Source: a virus (lineage: Duplodnaviria > Caudoviricetes). Taken from it: 60,463 nt of DNA. Positions 58,962 through 60,463 of this stretch are shown here, piece by piece (within the stretch, counting starts at the first letter, position 1; every line of letters starts with the position of its first letter). The stretch is from IMG/VR virus record IMGVR_UViG_3300031861_000003, positions 1 to 60,463 of that record, one strand, 5' to 3'. Below the pieces are notes generated by a model. It had not been told where the DNA came from. It made no database searches and saw only the letters and a list, made by a program, of their open reading frames with translations. Both the position numbers and the translations under genes were made by a program.

Positions 58962-58986
58962 CATTTAGCACACACTATGTTATATT
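58958..58986 (+). promoter_or_regulatory. Sigma70-type promoter for a non-coding transcript
   Basis: TTGACA-17 nt-TATATT with TG extension; -35 overlaps the TGA stop of the Fis-like gene. Confidence 0.8.
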
Positions 58987-59000
58987 TAAGTATAATGTAA

Positions 59001-59215
59001 TAAAGAGGAGAATAGATAGGGTTATTGGTGGTAATTTAATATAATATAAGCATCAATAAGGAAAGAGTAAATATAATATAACGGTTTTGCACATTGTCTG
59101 TTTGTGCTTAGAATCAAGGAGAATATTACTTTCTTTTAAAATCTTAAATAAAACAGAATAGCATGTTGGCTCTGTAAGTAAACCAACCTGCTCTTTCTTT
59201 CCCTATCCCTCTTTA
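59001..59215 (+). ncRNA. Candidate structured non-coding RNA of unrecognised family
   Basis: ORF-free and bounded by promoter and terminator; nested helices 59001-59008/59208-59215, 59015-59021/59201-59207, 59022-59030/59051-59059, 59060-59069/59189-59198, 59089-59093/59103-59107, 59165-59169/59183-59187. Confidence 0.7.
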
Positions 59216-59219
59216 AATT

Positions 59220-59244
59220 AAACCCGGCGATTGTCGGGTTTTTT
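59220..59244 (+). terminator. Rho-independent terminator
   Basis: AAACCCGGC-GATT-GTCGGGTTT followed by a T run. Confidence 0.88.
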
Positions 59245-59246
59245 AC

Positions 59247-59275
59247 TTGACAATCATCTGCTCCTGTGTTATAAT
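59247..59275 (+). promoter_or_regulatory. Perfect sigma70 promoter for the lipoprotein gene
   Basis: TTGACA-17 nt-TATAAT, then AGGAG RBS and ATG 59292. Confidence 0.85.
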
Positions 59276-59291
59276 ATACATAAGGAGAAAG

Positions 59292-60230
59292 ATGAAACAC
59301 TTAATTAATCACTATGGCTTACTAATTCTATGTACAATCTTAATGGTTTTAACAGTTTTTCTAGCATCATGCGGAAACGATAATATTATCCTCGTTCTTG
59401 ACGATACTGATATCATAGATACAGAAGATACAGAAACTGATATTATTCTACCAGACGACGCTATCGGAGGATACTTAAAATATTCGTTAACCCAAATAGC
59501 GTGTCCTGCATGCTTTAACGAGACGGAAGAATTAGATGTACGGATGCAAGCGCTGTTCCACCTTCCCATAACAGGCTCTTGGACCTCGGCTCTACCACAG
59601 AGAGGAGAGTGTGTTTCTAACATATTAGAGATCACCCCATCAGTTAATCAAGTTAGAGTAGGTTATAAGATAGATTTCACTGGTGAGTGGTCAACAGGCT
59701 ATATGTATGAGCAGGGAACTGTAGCTCAGTCTGATTTCTTGTATACTACAGGTTATATGGCCGAAGCCAACTATAATAGAGATACTTGGCACGATTTATA
59801 TATTTCTGATCATGATGTCGCCATACCCAATGCGTTCAAGAGCATCCACGGCTTTGATTATGTTGAACCATACGAGCTAATGTGGATTGATCCTTCATAC
59901 GCCTTCGCAGTAACCCTATTTCGATCGGGAATGTCATTTTCTTGGGGCCCAAGTGGTAGTGATAGCGACTTCATGATAATGGTGGCATCATACGACCCCT
60001 ATAGTGGTGTTTACTTGGGCAATATAGCCTGTATGGGCGCTGATACAGGGCAAATGTACATTCCACCCGAATATGCAGCCCTCTTGCCCACAAACACCCT
60101 TGCAAGCGTCCATTTCCAACGCCATAGGGTTAGCAAATTTGCATTTGACCACTTTCCCTCTTATAACTTCAGTGTCGCGATTGAGACGCATATGTTCTGG
60201 GAAGCGGTTGGTACGGGATACATTGAATGA
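59292..60230 (+). CDS. Lipoprotein (start revised to MKHLINHYG)
   Basis: Signal peptide ending in lipobox FLASC, D/T-rich linker, CPAC and further Cys, beta-rich body. Confidence 0.75.
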   Translation: MKHLINHYGLLILCTILMVLTVFLASCGNDNIILVLDDTDIIDTEDTETDIILPDDAIGGYLKYSLTQIACPACFNETEELDVRMQALFHLPITGSWTSALPQRGECVSNILEITPSVNQVRVGYKIDFTGEWSTGYMYEQGTVAQSDFLYTTGYMAEANYNRDTWHDLYISDHDVAIPNAFKSIHGFDYVEPYELMWIDPSYAFAVTLFRSGMSFSWGPSGSDSDFMIMVASYDPYSGVYLGNIACMGADTGQMYIPPEYAALLPTNTLASVHFQRHRVSKFAFDHFPSYNFSVAIETHMFWEAVGTGYIE

Positions 60231-60256
60231 TAAAATTACTACAAATAGGAGACAAA

Positions 60257-60463
60257 ATGTCTAAATTTACCTCATTTTTGCTGTTTTTACTGCTTTTTTA
60301 CCCTCAAAACGGCTTTGCAGGTACTAAACTACTTAATAACTACCAAAATATGAATATATTGGCCGAAACACTACTAAATAACCCCCAACCAGATCGTAAT
60401 GTGCAGTTTATTAGGTTTTATGAGTCTGAAGGGGTCTCGGGGAAGCTTCATATCTACTCTCCA
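60257..60463 (+). CDS. Secreted/membrane protein, partial (runs off window edge)
   Basis: AGGAG then ATG; MSKFTSFLLFLLLFYPQNGFA signal-peptide-like; frame open to the end. Confidence 0.55.
   Translation, partial: MSKFTSFLLFLLLFYPQNGFAGTKLLNNYQNMNILAETLLNNPQPDRNVQFIRFYESEGVSGKLHIYSP

Noticed and set aside
59001-59215. ncRNA as tmRNA, RNase P RNA, riboswitch or small-peptide mRNA
   Set aside because: No tRNA-like ends, only partial resemblance to RNase P conserved strings, the downstream gene has its own promoter, and the AGGAG sequences are not followed by start codons
48507-59291. ORF-track starts at 48542, 50068, 50700 and 59247
   Set aside because: They fall inside or immediately beside promoter elements; better starts are 48506 or 48431, 50086, 50715 and 59292
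60328-60335. ACTACTTA copy inside the last ORF
   Set aside because: Intragenic with no clear RBS after it, and it cannot be evaluated at the window edge
1-60463. Stop-codon reassignment, inteins or introns
   Set aside because: Genes tile densely under code 11 with TAA, TAG and TGA all ending genes; no splice-junction motifs or split core genes noticed

Overview
This window is part of a large lytic myovirus-like (jumbo-type) dsDNA phage genome in the standard genetic code, with one strand switch near 49,915. The minus arm carries a holin plus probable i-spanin, an Mre11-Rad50 (SbcD-SbcC) fusion, primase and RuvC. It continues with a ~33 kb tail/baseplate block (LamG proteins, gp6- and gp25-like wedges, spike, M15 peptidase) containing a J-domain gene, then a gp55-like late sigma factor, a glycosyl/methyltransferase cluster, a PD-(D/E)xK nuclease, a zincin and PIN-PhoH. 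The plus arm carries tRNA-Ala(TGC), a YkuK-type RNase H, probable head-internal proteins, an RNA-ligase-like/HIGH-nucleotidyltransferase fusion, a Fis-like protein and a lipoprotein. Two promoter classes are visible: near-consensus sigma70 promoters (four apparently leaderless) and a recurrent (A)CTANTTA motif before late genes. The most unusual items are an independently transcribed ~220-250 nt highly structured non-coding RNA candidate (58990-59245) and a tandem cassette in which a promoter/RBS/leader block and a terminal block are almost perfectly duplicated around two divergent gene bodies (5316-7101). All functional calls come from motifs read by eye; no searches or folding programs were run.
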